Source: Laetmonice hystrix
Lineage: Eukaryota
Reading direction: 5' to 3'
Length of the DNA stretch: 64,000 bases
Assembly: GCA_965235115.1 (NCBI GenBank)
Contig: OZ249436.1
Coordinates: 2,420,001 to 2,484,000 of the forward strand
In this document: in pieces, positions 61,901 to 64,000 of the stretch
How positions within the stretch are numbered: the stretch's first letter is position 1
How the letters are laid out: every line of letters starts with the position of its first letter
Position numbers and translations under genes: made by a program
The notes under the pieces: generated by a model
Told to the model about the DNA's origin: nothing
What the model saw: the letters and a program-made list of their open reading frames with translations, nothing else
Database searches by the model: none

Positions 61901-64000
61901 TAACAATGGAAAATGACGTTGTACGCCTTTTCTATATCAGATATCCCATCCCCAAGTAACAAACAAACAAAGGAAGGTTACCGAGATTTTGCAGGCAAGA
62001 AACACCAGGGTGCAGCACAACTGCACTGAAGCGGAGGGGCGGGGGTCCCCGACTGCACTGCTACCTTCCGGCTAGCGGTGGAATCACCACGTACTGGCAG
62101 GCACCTGTGGCTCTGAGGCGAGACACAGGTTAAGGCAATGATAAGCGAAAAATGGCTACATTTTTGATACGTCAAATTGAAACTAAGCCTCCCAAAACTA
62201 TGATTCTTAGGCCAGATGTACGACTGTCAAACATATAGGTCTCGTACGTTCGCTACAGCTATATGGTTGTGATGTGTACACTTCCCATTTGAGCATGTTC
62301 TCCAGATTTTAACATTAGATGCTCCTCGCCTGTACCTTTCATTTCCACTTCCTCACTGTAGTGTTTGCACCTTTCATTAGGCCAGTCGGTAAGATTTAAG
62401 GATTTCTCACTCTACTGGTTGGCCTTCCCCACTGCTTGGCCCCACAGTGTACTGTTTGGCCTCACTGTAGGCCTACTCTTAGGCCTCACTGTAGTGTTCG
62501 CTTTGGTACTAGGCCAGACAGTATACCTTGTAGCCATTCCTCCCTGTACTGTTTGGTCTTCCTCTACCGTTTGCTTGTATACAAGAGTAGCCAGTAGTAT
62601 AGGGACGCCTCATGTTTCATGTTTCCATGCCTTTATTGTCCAGGAGGAAGGCCATCCATTTCGTCTATCATCTACTCCCATCTAATCTATGTCCCCTACA
62701 GACCATCTGTAAGCGTCCGACAACGTTGTCAGGTCGTCCCAATGACTGTTTGCCGAAAAGCTTTAGTTAACAATGGAAAATGACGTTGTACGCCTTTTCT
62801 ATATCAGATATCCCATCCCCAAGTAACAAACAAACAAAGGAAGGTTACCGAGATTTTGCAGGCAAGAAACACCAGGGTGCAGCACAACTGCACTGAAGGG
62901 GGGGGGGGGGGACTCCGACTGCACTGCTACCTTCCGGCTAGCGGTGGAATCACCACGTACTGGCAGGCACCTGTGGCTCTGAGGCGAGAGACAGGTTAGG
63001 GCAATGATAAGCGAAAAATGGCTACATTTTTGATGCGTCAAATTGAAACTAAGCCTCCCAAAACTATGATTCTTAGGCCAGATGTACGACTGTCAAACAT
63101 ATAGGTCTCGTACGTTCGCTACAGCTATATGGTTGTGATGTGTACACTTCCCATTTGAGCATGTTCTCCAGATTTTAACATTAGATGCTCCTCGCCTGTA
63201 CCTTTCATTTCCACTACCTCACTGTAGTGTTTGCACCTTTCATTAGGCCAGTCGGTAAGATTTAAGGATTTCTCACTCTACTGGTTGGCCTTCCCCACTG
63301 CTTGGCCCCACAGTGTACTGTTTGGCCTCACTGTAGGCCTACTCTTAGGCCTCACTGTAGTGTTCGCTTTGGTACTAGGCCAGACAGTATACCTTGTAGC
63401 CATTCCTCCCTGTACTGTTTGGTCTTCCTCTACCGTTTGCTTGTATACAAGAGTAGCCAGTAGTATAGGGACGCCTCATGTTTCATGTTTCCATGCCTTT
63501 ATTGTCCAGGAGGAAGGCCATCCATTTCGTCTATCATCTACTCCCATCTAATCTATGTCCCCTACAGACCATCTGTAAGCGTCCGACAACGTTGTCAGGT
63601 CGTCCCAATGACTGTTTGCCGAAAAGCTTTAGTTAACAATGGAAAATGACGTTGTACGCCTTTTCTATATCAGATATCCCATCCCCAAGTAACAAACAAA
63701 CAAAGGAAGGTTACCGAGATTTTGCAGGCAAGAAACACCAGGGTGCAGCACAACTCCACTGAAGCGGAGGGGCGGGGGTCCCCGACTGCACTGCTACCTT
63801 GCGGCTAGCGGTGGAATCACCACGTACTGGCAGGCACCTGTGGCTCTGAGGCGAGAGACAGGTTAGGGCAATGATAAGCGAAAAATGGCTACATTTTTGA
63901 TGCGTCAAATTGAAACTAAGCCTCCCAAAATTATGATTCTTAGGCCAGATGTACGACTGTCAAACGTATAGGTCTCGTACGTTCGCTACAGCTATATGGT
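31902..64000. repeat. Satellite DNA array, monomer about 867 bp, about 37 copies, running off the window end
   Basis: ORF-track landmarks recur every 861-875 bp (33735, 34602, 35469 ... 63231). Monomers are highly similar, each with a variable poly-G tract. Confidence 0.98.

Noticed and set aside
33735..63908. Repeated 106-aa hydrophobic ORFs (+) and 63-81-aa ORFs (-) in each satellite monomer as a tandem gene family
   Set aside because: The starts are mostly non-ATG in a eukaryote. Frames are freely broken by a 7-bp duplication, G-tract length changes and stop codons, and no domain is recognisable.
31902..64000. Satellite as a tandem array of 5S, snRNA, SL RNA, tRNA or hammerhead ribozyme genes
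   Set aside because: I found no recognisable 5S, U snRNA or tRNA sequence and no CTGANGA...GAAA core on either strand, only an isolated ATTTTTG. An Rfam/Infernal scan is needed to exclude this fully.

Overview
Eukaryotic genomic DNA with GT-AG introns and metazoan genes, probably from a bilaterian invertebrate. It is not prokaryotic. (1) 846-2380 (+): last three recognisable coding exons of an UNC-13/Munc13 gene (C2C domain), followed by about 8 kb that is probably 3'UTR, with a polyA signal near 10355. (2) About 11.7-19.85 kb: a stack of nested or abutting non-autonomous DNA transposons, including a TA-target element with GGG/CCCC ends, a Kolobok-type TTAA foldback, and hAT-like, CACTA/EnSpm-like and Harbinger-like elements. 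(3) 20216-27644 (+): a complete 9-exon ZCCHC7/Air1-2-like gene that I spliced by hand to 679 aa, with five zinc knuckles and MITEs and minisatellites in its introns. (4) 28948-31748: a non-autonomous Helentron/HINE-like element carrying a perfect ~680-bp (TCCG)n. (5) 31902 to the window end: about 37 copies of an ~867-bp satellite with visible multi-monomer (higher-order) duplications. The most unusual signal is a recurrent TA-G(n)C(n)-TA insertion (TAGGCCTA, TAGGCTA, TAGGGGCCTA, TAGGCCCCTA). It is visible as empty versus filled alleles inside tandem arrays and looks like the excision footprint of a TA-targeting GGGG...CCCC transposon, one copy of which lies in this window. All calls were made by eye with no database search.
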